From Octopus sinensis (Eukaryota), in contig NW_021829886.1 in assembly GCF_006345805.1 (NCBI RefSeq), positions 1 to 35,884 of the forward strand: a DNA stretch of 35,884 nucleotides. The letters are read 5' to 3'. The first letter of the stretch is position 1. Every line of letters starts with the position of its first letter. Positions 22,990 to 34,625 of the stretch are shown in pieces. The notes beneath the pieces were generated by a model, which worked only from the letters and a program-made list of their open reading frames with translations, searched no databases and was not told where the DNA came from. The position numbers and the translations under genes were made by a program.

Positions 22990-23170
22990 ATTCCGCTGAG
23001 TTCACTTTGGATGCATTCCTCATAGATTCCGTCAAGTTTCACTTGAAAAGGAAATTGAGCGTGGAGAGGGAAGTGTTGTACTCGAATGAGTTTATTGAAA
23101 GGTGAGTGAAAGTAGCGAAAATGGCAAGAGTGGATGTAGACCTCTTTAAGTGTAGACCTGTGAGTCGGAG
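22990..23170 (+). pseudogene. Possible L1/Tx1 ORF2 extreme C-terminus fragment
   Basis: FLIDSVKFHLKRKLSVEREVLYSNEFIER*VKVAKMARV resembles the F..RW ending of Tx1-type ORF2; assigned from recall only. Confidence 0.45.
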
Positions 23171-23387
23171 AGAAGGAATTGGAGAGGTCACTTGCTCCTG
23201 GGGTTTTGATGACAGCACCTTACTCTCCACTCTTAATTTTCTTTCCTAGCAGAAGATGAAAAAGTTGATGCGGAGGAAAGTGCCTGTTTTTGGTCCTCTT
23301 CGTTGTGTCCACCCCACAGCTGCCTTCGTCGTAGCCACAGGACAGAAACGAAGAAAAGAAAAAGAAAACTGCCCGAAGATCAATAAT

Positions 23388-23650
23388 CCTTTATACTCTA
23401 GGCACAAGGCCCGAAATTTTGGGGGAGAGGACCACTCGATTACATCGAGCTTGTTTATTTCTTTATTGCCCACAAGGGGCTAAAAATAGAGGGGACAAAC
23501 AAGAGCTTTACTGCTACTTAATTTATCGACCCCGAAAGGATAAAAGGCAAGGTCGACGCCGGCGGCATTCGAACTCAGGACGTAAAGACAGGAGAAAAAC
23601 CGCTTAAGCATTTTGTCCGGCTTGCTAACGATTCTGCCAGCTCGCCACCC
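23388..23650 (-). mobile_element. SINE family B (tail 1) interrupted by a 50-bp tail-2 insertion
   Basis: Insert at 23453-23502 flanked by gagctt at 23447-23452 and 23503-23508. Confidence 0.85.
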
Positions 23651-23696
23651 GAATATCATTAATGATAACAACGACAGCATAAATAAATATAATAAT

Positions 23697-23887
23697 AATA
23701 ATCCTTTCTATTGGAGGCACAAGAACTCCAATTTGGGGAAAGGGATTAAGTCTACCCCAGTGCGTAACTGGTATTTAATTTATCGACCCGGAAAGGATGA
23801 ACGATAAAGTCGACCTCGGCGGATTATGAACTTAGAACATAAAGACAGACGAAATACCACTGAGCATTTCGCCCGGCGTGCTAGCGT
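23697..23887 (-). mobile_element. SINE family B (tail 1), head interrupted
   Basis: ataatcctttct..ggcacaag..ccccagtgcgtaactgg..gtcgacctcggcgga..gcatttcgcccggcgtgct. Confidence 0.8.
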
Positions 23888-24127
23888 TTTTTATTTCTTT
23901 ATTGCCCACAAGGGGCTAAACATAGAGGGGACAAACAAGGACAGACAAACGGATTAAGCCGATTACATCGATCCTAGTGCGTAACTGGTACTTAATTTAT
24001 CGACCCACGAAAGGATGAGAGGCAAAGTCGACCTCGGCGGAATTTGAACTCACAACGTAACGGCAGACAAAATACCGCTAAGCATTTCGCCCGGCGTTGC
24101 TAACGTTTCTGCCAACTCGCTGCCTTA
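23888..24127 (-). mobile_element. SINE family B (tail 2), full length
   Basis: Reverse complement of 26670-26907. Confidence 0.92.
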
Positions 24128-24565
24128 CCCGAATATCAATAATGATAACGAGGACAACAACAACAACATCATCATTATATAATGATGATGATAATAATAT
24201 GCCTCGATTTTAACTCTCCCACGGCGCTACACCGTAACACGATTGTGAAAAGGCGATTACTTAACCACCTATCCCGTTTTAATATCTTAGAAGGCGGTAA
24301 AGGTTTACGGTCACGAATGATATATTTATATATATATAAGCATACGTGACGACATTTCGATCCTTCAAGCAAATGTACAGCCTCTAAATTATTAACATAA
24401 TGATCAAACGGATAACCACTGTGATTATATTAATTGGTCAGCATGTGCTTTTGTGTATTTATGCGTGCAAATGCATGCATATATACATACATGCAAGCAT
24501 ACATACCTGCATGCATATATACATATACATACATACACATGCATACATACACATGCATATATATA

Positions 24566-24728
24566 GGCGCAGGAGTGGCTGTGTGGTAAGTAGCTTGCTT
24601 ACCAACCACATGGTTCCGGGTTCAGTCTCACTGCGTGGCATCTTGGGCAGGTGTCTTCCACTATAGCCTCGGGCCGACCAAAGCCTTGTGAGTGGATTTG
24701 GTAGACGGAAACTGAAAGAAGCCCGTCG

Positions 24729-24767
<39 letters not shown>

Positions 24768-24992
24768 TGTGTATGTGTGTGTATATGTTTGTGTGTCTGT
24801 GTGTCCCCCAACATCGCCTGACAACCGATGGTGGTGTGTTTACGTCCCCGTCACTTAGTGGTTCGGCAAAAGAGACCGATAGAATAAGTACTAGGCTTAC
24901 AAAGAATAAATCCCGGCGTCGATTTGTTCGACTAAAGGTGGTGCTCCAGCATGGCCGCAGTCAAATGACTGAAACAATAAAAGACTAAAAGA

Positions 24993-24993
<1 letters not shown>
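24566..24993 (+). mobile_element. SINE family A, full length
   Basis: ggcgcaggagtggctgtgtggtaag..cagtcaaatgactgaaacaataaaagactaaaagag. Confidence 0.95.
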
Positions 24994-25055
<62 letters not shown>

Positions 25056-25140
25056 TATATATACCTATATATATATCCATGCATAAATATATATGTATAT
25101 ATATATACATATATACACACGCAGGTGCACGCAAATTTAT

Positions 25141-25172
25141 GCTTGTAAGCAAGCTACTTACCACAAAGCCAT
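25141..25172 (-). mobile_element. SINE family A head fragment
   Basis: gtaagcaagctacttaccacaaagcca. Confidence 0.55.
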
Positions 25173-25209
<37 letters not shown>

Positions 25210-25340
25210 TCATACAGGCATAAAATTGCGTACACATATGTGTACATATACATATATATTCATTTTTTTTCAAATATATGAGAGTGTATCAAGGACTTTC
25301 AATTTTTTATTCTGCTATGTGTGTGTGTATGTGTGTGTGC

Positions 25341-25381
<41 letters not shown>

Positions 25382-25717
25382 CATATATGGGTACAGGACG
25401 TCACCAACTGGGCAAACAACATGAAATACGTAAACACAAGAGAAAGGACCCTCCATAAGTTGTCGGCTGTCTACTCCTTTTGAAAGTCTTTGTGAAAGTT
25501 ACTTGAAAATGTTTTTAAGTATAAAGGGAATCGTTTTTATAAAGTTTATTTTTTAAAACAATTATAAGATCTTTTATCAGGCTGTTACTAACCTTTTTTG
25601 GAAGAAGTTCTTTTCCAGGTTTTGTGTGAGCACTTTCGATTAATCCTTTCAGACTCACTTGCTCTTCATTAATGCACGAAGTGGAAGTTGTTTTTTTTAT
25701 TTCTTGTATTTGTGATA

Positions 25718-26283
25718 ATATTCATTTCTGTCCTAGGCACAAGGCCCGAAAGTTTTGAGGGAGGGGTGGGCAGTCGATTAGATCTACCCCAGTACGCAAC
25801 TGGTACTTAATTTACCGACCCCGAAAGGATGAAAGGCAAAGTCGACCTCGGCGGAATTTGAACACAAGGGGCTAAACATAGAGGGGACAAACGAATACAG
25901 ACAAACGGATTAAGTCGATTACATCGACCCAGTGCGTCACTGGTACTTAATTAATCGATCCCGAAATGATGAAAGGCTAAGTTGACCTCGGCGGAATTTG
26001 AACACAGAACGCAGCGGCGGACGAAGTACCACAAAGCATTTCGCCCGGCGTGCTAACGTCTCTGCCAGCTCGCCGCCTTTAAGAGACGAAATACCTATTT
26101 TTTTACTACCCACAAGGGGCTAAACACATAGGGGACAAACAAGGACAGACAAACGGATTAAGTCGATTATATATCCCGAAAGGCTGAAAGACGAAGTCGA
26201 CCTCAGCAGAATTCCAACTTAGAACATAATGCCACTAAGCATTCTACACGGCGTACTAACAATTCTACTAGCTCGCCGCTTTA
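25718..26283 (-). mobile_element. Nest of 3-4 SINE family B copies, all on the minus strand
   Basis: Tail-1 copy 25718-25863, tail-2 copy 25863-26080, tail-2 fragment 26096-26175, older body to 26283. Confidence 0.85.
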
Positions 26284-26295
26284 AAGTGAAGTATT

Positions 26296-26336
26296 TGGTC
26301 CCGGCGTGATTCGAACACGCAACCCTCTCATCTGGA
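26296..26336 (-). pseudogene. tRNA-Trp(CCA) 3' half (anticodon loop to discriminator)
   Basis: TCCAGATGAGAGGGTTGCGTGTTCGAATCACGCCGGGACCA vs animal tRNA-Trp TCCAGATCAGAAGGTTGCGTGTTCAAATCACGTCGGGGTCA; perfect T-stem GCGTG/CACGC; 5' half absent. Confidence 0.7.
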
Positions 26337-26669
26337 AACAAAATGAATAACAATAATAATAACGTATTACAAACAAAATAGCAAAAGCTTCAGTGCGTGA
26401 CTTTTGGTCCACACTGCTTTATAACTAACGATGTAAAGTTGTGTCTGTTTTAATTGCTGCTTGAATTTGCTTTGTATTTCACGACCAGTAATAATGCTTC
26501 GTGTAGGAGTTTCTTAAGCCCTCCCCTGGCAGTACACTGGGTAAGGATAACCCATATGCAGCTCCAAATATAACAAAATCAGGCGTACATCTGTTTGCAA
26601 CCCACAATCTACTATATACGATAAACTTCATGGTTGAGGCTCCGATAAAACTATTAGGTGTTACTCAGG

Positions 26670-26907
26670 AAGGCGGCGAGCTGGCAGATACGTTAGCACG
26701 CCGGGCGAAATGCGTAGCCGTATTTCGTCTGCCGTTACGTTCTGAGTTCAAATTCCGCCGAGGTCAACTTTGTCTTTCATCCTTTCGTGGGTCGATAAAT
26801 TAAGTACCAGTTACGCACTGGGGTCGATATAATCGACTTAATCCGTTTGTCTGTCCTTGTTTGTCCCCTCTGTGTTTAGCCCCTTGAGGGAAGTAAAGAG
26901 ATATATA
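26670..26907 (+). mobile_element. SINE family B (tail 2), full length with 14-bp TSD
   Basis: aggtgttactcagg at both 26656-26669 and 26908-26921; A-box-like tggcagatacg and B box gagttcaaattcc. Confidence 0.95.
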
Positions 26908-27390
26908 AGGTGTTACTCAGGCACTCAACTACGAGTGCACTGCATCTTATAGCTGAAACAACTGTAAGCTAGTGACGTTCATAAGATAATCGTGTATCAC
27001 TTTGGCATCACTTTTTCTCATATATGTCCACACCCACATATATATATGTGTGTTTGTTTCGGGCGCAGGCGCGTGTGTGTGAATTTGTGTCTTGCTCTTT
27101 GGCAACCAGTGGTGTTGATCGGCTTATATCTAAATCGGTGGTCCAGCAAAAAGAAAAAGGCGGCGATACAGTCAGTAGCACATTTAAAATAAGCGTAAAA
27201 ATGTGTCAACTAAAAAACAAGCAAAAACAAAAAGAGCAATTCTTCTGATTGGCCGCAGTCCAATGAGTGGAGCAATCAGAAGAACAACGAAATGAAAGAA
27301 TACACTATGGCACATAAATATTGTACTGCGTCACAACACAAACATAGATACTCACACACACACACATGTAATACACGCATAGGCGTATGC

Positions 27391-27431
<41 letters not shown>

Positions 27432-27879
27432 ACGTATGTATGTATATACATATATACTACAGACACATGCTCACATTATAACACACACACACACACATTT
27501 ACACAAACGGTTTTTAAAGTAGCAAAAGCGTGGGTGAATTTCCAGCGATCTTCTCGACCAATTAAGGAGACAGGCGCATGCGTGCGTCAGTGGCAACAAT
27601 TGAAAACCAGAAAAAGCGCGCCAATTCCCTGGTCGGCTGGTGTCAGGTAGAGATATTTTGAAATGTAACTCCTCTGAGGAACAGCTAAATTCTATTCACT
27701 TGCGCAGGTGCTAAAGGCTTAAATGTTTATGATTAGTGGCTGTCTATTTAGGAGGAAGACGACGGCTAACGTTGAGTGGTGTGACGGGGCGGCGGGGGAC
27801 GGGGCCAGAGTGCAGAGTGGTATGTAAATGATGGGGAGTAAATGGTTGTAGCGGTAGTCGTGATGGTGGATGTGGTGGT

Positions 27880-28818
27880 GGTGGTGGTTGTGGCGGCTGT
27901 CATGATGATGGAGGTGGCGGAGGTGGTGGTGTTGTGATGGTGTTGGTGATGTTGTGGTGGTGGTGGTGGTTGTGGTGTTGGTGTTTGTGGCGCCTGTCGT
28001 GATGGTGAAGGTGGCGGTGGTGGTGGTGTTGTGGAGGTGGTGATGGTGGTTGTGGAGGTGATGATGGTGGTTGTGGTGTTGGTGCGGGTTCTCGAGTGAT
28101 TGCGTGGACGTAAGTGGTGCGTGAGAGAACCTGTTAATGTGTATGCTCTCAGGTGTGTATATACGTGTATGTCTGTGCGCGTTTGTGCGTGTGTGTGTGT
28201 GTGTGTGTGCGTCTGTGAGAGAGAGAGAGGGGGAGACAGTGTTTTGTAAATGTGTGTATAAGTGTGTGTGTGTGGAATGAGGTGTAAGTGTATGTTTGTG
28301 GGACAGAAAGTGTGTGTGTATGCATCTGATGGTGAGAAGAGTGCGTGTGGAGGCGATAGAGAGTGGAAGGTCTGAATCGATGTACAAGAATGTGTGTATA
28401 TGTTTAAATGAACGCTAATGTGTGAGTGTTTGTGAATAGGAAGGGTCTCTATGTATATGTGTGGGTACACATATACGTCGCTGGGTAGAAGGCTCTGCGC
28501 GTGAGCATTTATGTGTGTGTGTGTGTGTGTCCCTGTCTGAAAGAAGGAGTTTGTATGTGTGTATACACGTGCATGTATATGTATGATTGTATATAAAACG
28601 TAGGGTATTGCGTGTGTGTGCGTGCGTGCGTGTGTGTGTGTGCATGTGTGTATCTGTGTATCTGTAGATGTTTGTATGTGTGTAAGTATATGTGTGTGTA
28701 TATATATATATAGGTACAGGTATCCTAGAATGTTTGCTTCAGTGTGCTTTTTTGTGTGTGTGTGCGTGTCATAATATGTATATATACACACACACATATG
28801 TACATATATGTATGTATG

Positions 28819-28861
<43 letters not shown>

Positions 28862-28956
28862 TGAACATTTATATGTATATATATATAACTTATATGTATA
28901 TATACATATATATACATGTATATATTTATACATGTATATATATATACATATATATG

Positions 28957-28995
<39 letters not shown>

Positions 28996-29075
28996 GTATA
29001 TATATATGTACGTATGAATGTGCATATATATGTGTGTTTGTGTGTGTGTGTGGTTATGTATGTGTATATATGTAT
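27880..29075. repeat. (GGT)/(GAT), then (TG)/(TA) low-complexity field
   Basis: Direct inspection; source of the 222-aa and 419-aa ORFs. Confidence 0.9.
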
Positions 29076-29199
29076 ATAAGCCGGTGAAACAGTGTCAGAT
29101 ATTGAAGAGCCTAGAGGGAGAATATTTTATTGTCAATAATTCATATAAAAGTAAATAATATAAATAAATAAATGAAACGGGAGGGAAGAAGGGAAGCAA

Positions 29200-29950
29200 G
29201 GAAGGCTAGAAATAGCAACCAGATACCTCTTAAATTACTCGCTACAAGAAATATCTCAAACCGGTGAGATGGTCATTGCTGGCGTGACTTTGATTATAAG
29301 TTTCGTCGATCAGAGCCAATATAGAAACTTCTTCGTTGTCATTCGAGTCGCTGGAAAAAGCAGCCAAATATATACTTTAAAAAAATGATTATTCTTGAAA
29401 AATTAGCCCAAATCTTGTTAAATGTTTGATTTAACGTAATTTTTTGCTACGGTTTATGCAATGCTGACGATTTCATAAAAGGATGAAATGAAGCTATACA
29501 TGGCTACCAACGACTGGAAATTTGAAGATCTTAATGATTTGTAGGCAAAAGAAATATTAAATATATATATTCTGCACCTTCTTTAACTCGTTGATTCTTA
29601 CTTTCACACCTGCTTCAACTTAACTTAATCTAGAAGGGATTGTCTCCCCTGTGAGAGTTTTCCATGTGAATTACACAACCAATATAGTAGTACTTATCGC
29701 AAAAATTAAGGAACAGTCAAGGCTGGAATAAATTAGATCATAATACTTCTCGATCAGGTCTAACCAACGGTTAAACAATAACAACAACTAAAACAACAGC
29801 AAGAATAGTTATAACTCCTCGTAGGTTCGAGTGTAAGAATTAAGCAAACTGAGATGTTAAGGATTAACTGCAGATTAGAGCCCAGTCAACTTCGAAGCTT
29901 CTACACGGTCGTTCCAATGCTAGAAATAACCACCATACCTCTCTGAAATT
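29200..29950 (+). mobile_element. Cluster of degenerate copies of a dispersed repeat family (gctagaaatagcagccaaat motif)
   Basis: Motif at 29205, 29350 and 29919; a second shared block at 29272-29318 vs 29716-29760; related hits near 2591, 3701, 16963 and 35001. Confidence 0.55.
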
Positions 29951-30016
29951 TCAGAATACACTCCTAAAATACGAATGGGATGATGCATTAGACATAGTTT
30001 TTGAGGTTTATGTGAA

Positions 30017-30115
30017 AGGCGTGGCTGTGTGGTAAGAAGTCTGCTTCCCAGCCACATGGTGCCGGGTTCAGTTCTACAACGAGGCACCTTAAGTAAGTGT
30101 CTTCTACTATAGCTC
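30017..30115 (+). mobile_element. SINE family A head/core fragment
   Basis: ggcgtggctgtgtggtaagaagtctgcttcccagccacatggtgccgggttcagt..agtgtcttctactatagc. Confidence 0.8.
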
Positions 30116-30277
30116 TTTCACTACCACCACCAAAAACAACAACAACGCCACGCACCGCCACCTGCTCCTTCTCCTCCTCCCCCTCTTCAACAGCATCATC
30201 ATCATCATATCATTATCATCATCTCCGTCGTCGTCGTCGTCATCAGCAAAAGTATCAGAATCACTATCATCATAATT

Positions 30278-30329
<52 letters not shown>

Positions 30330-30922
30330 TAGTAGTAGTACAAGGAGGAGGAAGAGGAGGAGAAGGAAGAAGAAGAAATATGTATGTCTGAGTGTGTGTG
30401 TGTGTGTGTGTGCATGGAAGCATGTATGTAAGAATGTACGTGTATGTTCGAATTGGCGTATGTATGCATTCTGTACGTGTGATTACACGCACGCATGCGT
30501 GTATCGCATGAATGGACGCACCTGTATAGGAATGTATGTATATATGAAGAGATGCATGTATGTATGTAGCCGTGTAAGTGCAAAAGCGTGCGTGTATGTG
30601 CGTGTGTGTGTGTTATGGTTGTGATGGTGGTGGCAGTGGAGATGAAGGTTCACCGTCGTAGTAGTGGTGGTGGTAAAATTTGTGAATGTGGTGGTGGTTA
30701 TGGTGACAGCGGTGGTGGTGATGATGGTGGTGGACGTAGATAATCGAGGAAATGGAGCCTACATCATGGGGAGAGAGAGAGAGATAGGGTGGAGTGAGAA
30801 GGTCGAGAAACAGAGACGGCGCGAAAGAGAAAGACAAGGAGTGGGGAAGAGAAAGAGCGGGGTGCCGAGAGGCAAACGGTCAGACAGATAGACAAGGATA
30901 GTGATAGATGTTGACAGATATA

Positions 30923-31162
30923 TAGAGTATTCCTTCACCATATCGCGGTTCACCTATCGCGGTTCGCCTATCGCGGTTTATTATTTAAGCTTCTGTCGAT
31001 TCCTTCTGGGTGTTGTTGTGCATTTATAATAAAATAAGTATATACAAATTATAAAAAAGGTAAAAAAATATACAGTACAGTAGTTTTTATACTTCGCGGA
31101 TTTCCATCTATCGCAGCGGGGTTTTGGAACGTAACACCCGCGATAGTCGAGGGATTACTTTA
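30923..31162. mobile_element. Tigger/pogo-like MITE
   Basis: Imperfect TIRs (agtattccttcaccatatcgcgg vs the reverse complement agtaatccctcgactatcgcgg); three tandem tatcgcggtt units; ggaacgtaacacccgcgata subterminal motif; TA at both ends. Confidence 0.7.
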
Positions 31163-31419
31163 GATAGCTGGATTAGAAAAAAAGAGATAGATTAATAGAT
31201 TGATTGATAGAATGATTGATACGGCGTAGAGAAAGATATGTGAATGGAGAGATGTAGTGAGAGATTAAGTTATAAAGTGAAGAAAAACAAAGGAGGGGGC
31301 TGAAAGGAAATGGAAGGAGTTTCAGAGAGAAATTAACGAAAACTCTGAATGAAATCAGAAAACGAATGAGAAAAACAAAAATAACAGATCAACAAAGAAG
31401 GGTTACAAATTCTGGAACA

Positions 31420-31572
31420 CAGCCAAAAATTTCAGGGGGAGGTGGGGAGTCGATGACATCCACCCGAGTATTTAACTGGTACTTGATTTGTCGACCGCGA
31501 AAAGATGAAAGGCAAAAATCGAACTGGGAGGGATTTGAACTCAAATCGCAAAGAGGAACGAAATGTCGCTAT
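31420..31572 (-). mobile_element. SINE family B (tail 1), old
   Basis: aaatttcagggggagg..gtcgatgacatc..aactggtactt..tcgacc..gatgaaaggcaaa..ggatttgaactc. Confidence 0.7.
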
Positions 31573-31767
31573 GCGTTATGCCCGTCGTATACAGATGTGA
31601 TGTATGTATGTATGTCTATGTTTCCACATGTGTATGTATGCGTGTGTGTATGTATGTATACATGTGCGTGATGTGTACGGCTGTTTCTGAGGCTGTGTAT
31701 GTAACCACATGTAGCCACATGTATAATGCATGCATCTCTTTTTATATGTGTGAATGTATGAACGCAT

Positions 31768-31816
<49 letters not shown>

Positions 31817-32214
31817 TACATGGTGTATATATGCGTCTGTTTCTGCGTGTCTCCACAAGTGTGTGTGTGTGTGCATTTTGTGTGAGCTCGCGCTCGCGTT
31901 TTGCCAACGATGGTGTGAAAGTGGAAGAAAGGAAAGATATGAACTGAAGCAAGGCGGAAAAAGGACGATGAAAAGGTTTTGGAGAAATGACAAAGCATAA
32001 AGAAATGGATAAACAACACTTCATCCTCTACTCCCCGCCCCTCACATTGCCCCTGCCCCCGCACCCTCATCCGCAAAACAACAAAAAATGAACAAACACA
32101 TGAACAACACAAATATAATGAAATTCAACAAAAAAGTAAACACAATTATGCACACACGCGCGCGCGCGCACACACACACACACACGCATACACACTTATG
32201 TTTATGTATACAAT

Positions 32215-32270
32215 TTTATTCATTTCAACCATGCGGCTCCGCTCATACTGGAGCACCACTGTGATTCTGC
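32215..32270 (-). mobile_element. SINE family A tail fragment
   Basis: catttcaaccatgcggc..catactggagcaccac. Confidence 0.45.
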
Positions 32271-32360
32271 GTCGCCACTCACGATTCTCCTACGGTTTAT
32301 TTCCTCGGAGTGGTGGCACATAGGGTTAGAGAGAGAAACAAAATACATACAATGACCAAA

Positions 32361-32432
<72 letters not shown>

Positions 32433-32762
32433 TGGATAGATAGATAGAGAGGAAGAGAAAGCATCAAAGACAGATAGAGACAAAGATAAATAGACAGTTA
32501 TGTTGAGGGATGTCAGACGTAAGACCAAAATTGTGTGACAGATGTCACATGAAGTGTGACACGGAGACAATAGTATAGAGTGCAAGCATACACACAACTC
32601 ATAAATACACACATACACCGACACTGACACATACATACAGGCAGAGGCATTCATGTATACATGCTTTACATATATAGACACAAATACAATGACACACACA
32701 ATTTTATATATATATATATGTGTGTGTGTGTGTATGTATGTATGTGTATGTATACATATATA

Positions 32763-33385
32763 TATGACGCCTGATCAATAAGTATCTGGACTGTTGCCAT
32801 AGTAACGAAGCCAAAGCGCGAAGAGTAAAGCCACTTAGCAAAGATTGACATTGGACCGTTGTGCATGCGCACTATGTTTTAACGTTCTAGCTCACTTCTG
32901 CTGTGCTTGGAAGAACGGTTTGTAGAGTGTGGTCGTCACATTGACCATGACAGGGAAAGCTGTCATGTCAATACAGTGCTCAGAGTCCTACGCAAAGTTG
33001 CAGAAAGTGTATGGAGAGGAGTGTATGAGCCGCACATAAGTGTACGAGTGGTTCAGACGTTTCAAATATGGACAGGAAATTGTCAATATTGACGAAGGCT
33101 CTGGGAGACCTGCAACCAGCAGAACTGAGAAAAACATCGCAGATGTACGTGCAGCTCTGAGGGGAAGTGGTCGAATCACCATCTGTGAGTCATTAGAGGA
33201 TGCGCAGATAAGTTACGGTTCACTTCAATCCATTGTCACTGAAGATTTGGGTATGAGACGTTTGTCTGCCAAGTTTGTGCCAAAACTGCTTTCAGCTGAC
33301 CAAAAACTCTCGGGTTTGAGTTGCAAAAGATCTTCTTGACTGTGTCGAGAACGATGAAATCTTGTTAAAAACTTTGCGCAGGCCT
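32763..33385 (+). mobile_element. Mariner transposon, left TIR plus degenerate N-terminal transposase
   Basis: TIR-like tatgacgcctgatcaataagtatctggact after TA; YAKLQKVYGEECMSR..VYEWFRRFK.G...DEGSGRP..ISYGSLQSIVTEDLGMRRLSAKFVPKLLSADQK (HTH domains and the WVPHEL-equivalent FVPKLL); DDD domain missing. Confidence 0.9.
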
Positions 33386-33486
33386 CTGAGCTGTTCTCGG
33401 TCGAAGATCACTGCCAGCATATGTGTCTACACCATAGAAATCTATGGATGATTTAGCGAATCGAAACACACACAGAGGCACACACA

Positions 33487-33548
<62 letters not shown>

Positions 33549-33869
33549 TACGTACATATACACATACAAACATACATGCACATACTCAATATTCCATTTT
33601 GTGAACTATAGTGTCGGTAGAAGTAAGATGTTGGCTTCAACATACTAATCTAATTGTTCGCAGCATTTACGACGCCGAGAGTGACAAAGTCTCGACCGCG
33701 TAACTTGGATGAAAGAAATATCTGACAGGGTCCTTTTATTTGAAAAATAATAATCACATGAAATATTTGTTTGAAAATTTTCACCCATGTACAGGTATAT
33801 GTATGCATACAAATATATACATATATAAATGAACACATATCTACACATATATACATGCGCATATATATA

Positions 33870-34024
33870 GGAGTGGCTGTGTGGTAAGTAGCTTGCTTAC
33901 TAACCACATGGTTCCGGTTCAGTCCCATTGCGTGGCACTTTAGGCAAGTGTCTTCTACTAGAGCCTCGGGCCGACCAAAGCCTTGTGAGTGGATTTGGTG
34001 CAAGGAAACTGAAAGAAGCCCGTC

Positions 34025-34096
<72 letters not shown>

Positions 34097-34495
34097 TATG
34101 TGTGTGTGTATATGAGTCTGTTTGTGTATGTGTGTGTATGTCTGTGTTTATCCCCTCACCATCGCTTGACAACCGATGACAACTGATGCAAAAGAACCGA
34201 TAAAATAAGTAGTTGGCTGACAAAGAATAAGTCCTGGGGGTCGATTTGTTCGACGAAAGGCGGTGCCCCAACATAGCTGCAGTCAGATGACTGAAACAAG
34301 TAACAGAGTTCAAATTCCGCCGGGGTCGACTTTGCCTTTCATACTTTCGGGGTCGATTAAGTAGTACCAGTTACGCACTGGGATCGATATAATCGACTTA
34401 ATCTGTTTGTCTGCCCTTGTTTGTACCCTCTGTGTGTAGCCCCTTGTGGGCAGTAAAGAAATATGAAACAAGTAAAAGAGTAAAAGAATAAGAGA
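33870..34495 (+). mobile_element. SINE family A, full length, with a family-B insertion in its tail
   Basis: Head at 33870, internal (TA)n, 3' half; tail split at tgaaacaagtaa. Confidence 0.92.
34304..34463 (+). mobile_element. SINE family B (tail 2), 5'-truncated, 12-bp TSD
   Basis: tgaaacaagtaa at both 34292-34303 and 34464-34475. Confidence 0.93.
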
Positions 34496-34519
34496 ATAGA
34501 TAGATAGATAAATATATAA

Positions 34520-34597
<78 letters not shown>

Positions 34598-34625
34598 GGA
34601 TAGATGGATATATAGATAGATGAAT
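34496..34625. repeat. (GATA)n microsatellite
   Basis: Direct inspection. Confidence 0.95.

Noticed and set aside
23388-26283. Repeated blocks with spacers superficially like a CRISPR array
   Set aside because: These are nested SINE copies of irregular length in eukaryotic DNA; no cas genes
27540-27660. CpG-richer patch with CCAAT and GCGCATGCG motifs, possible promoter
   Set aside because: Short motifs only; no downstream gene evidence
27766-29025. 419-aa and 222-aa minus-strand ORFs
   Set aside because: Translations of TA/TG/GGT microsatellites (HTHT, YIYI); stop-free by composition
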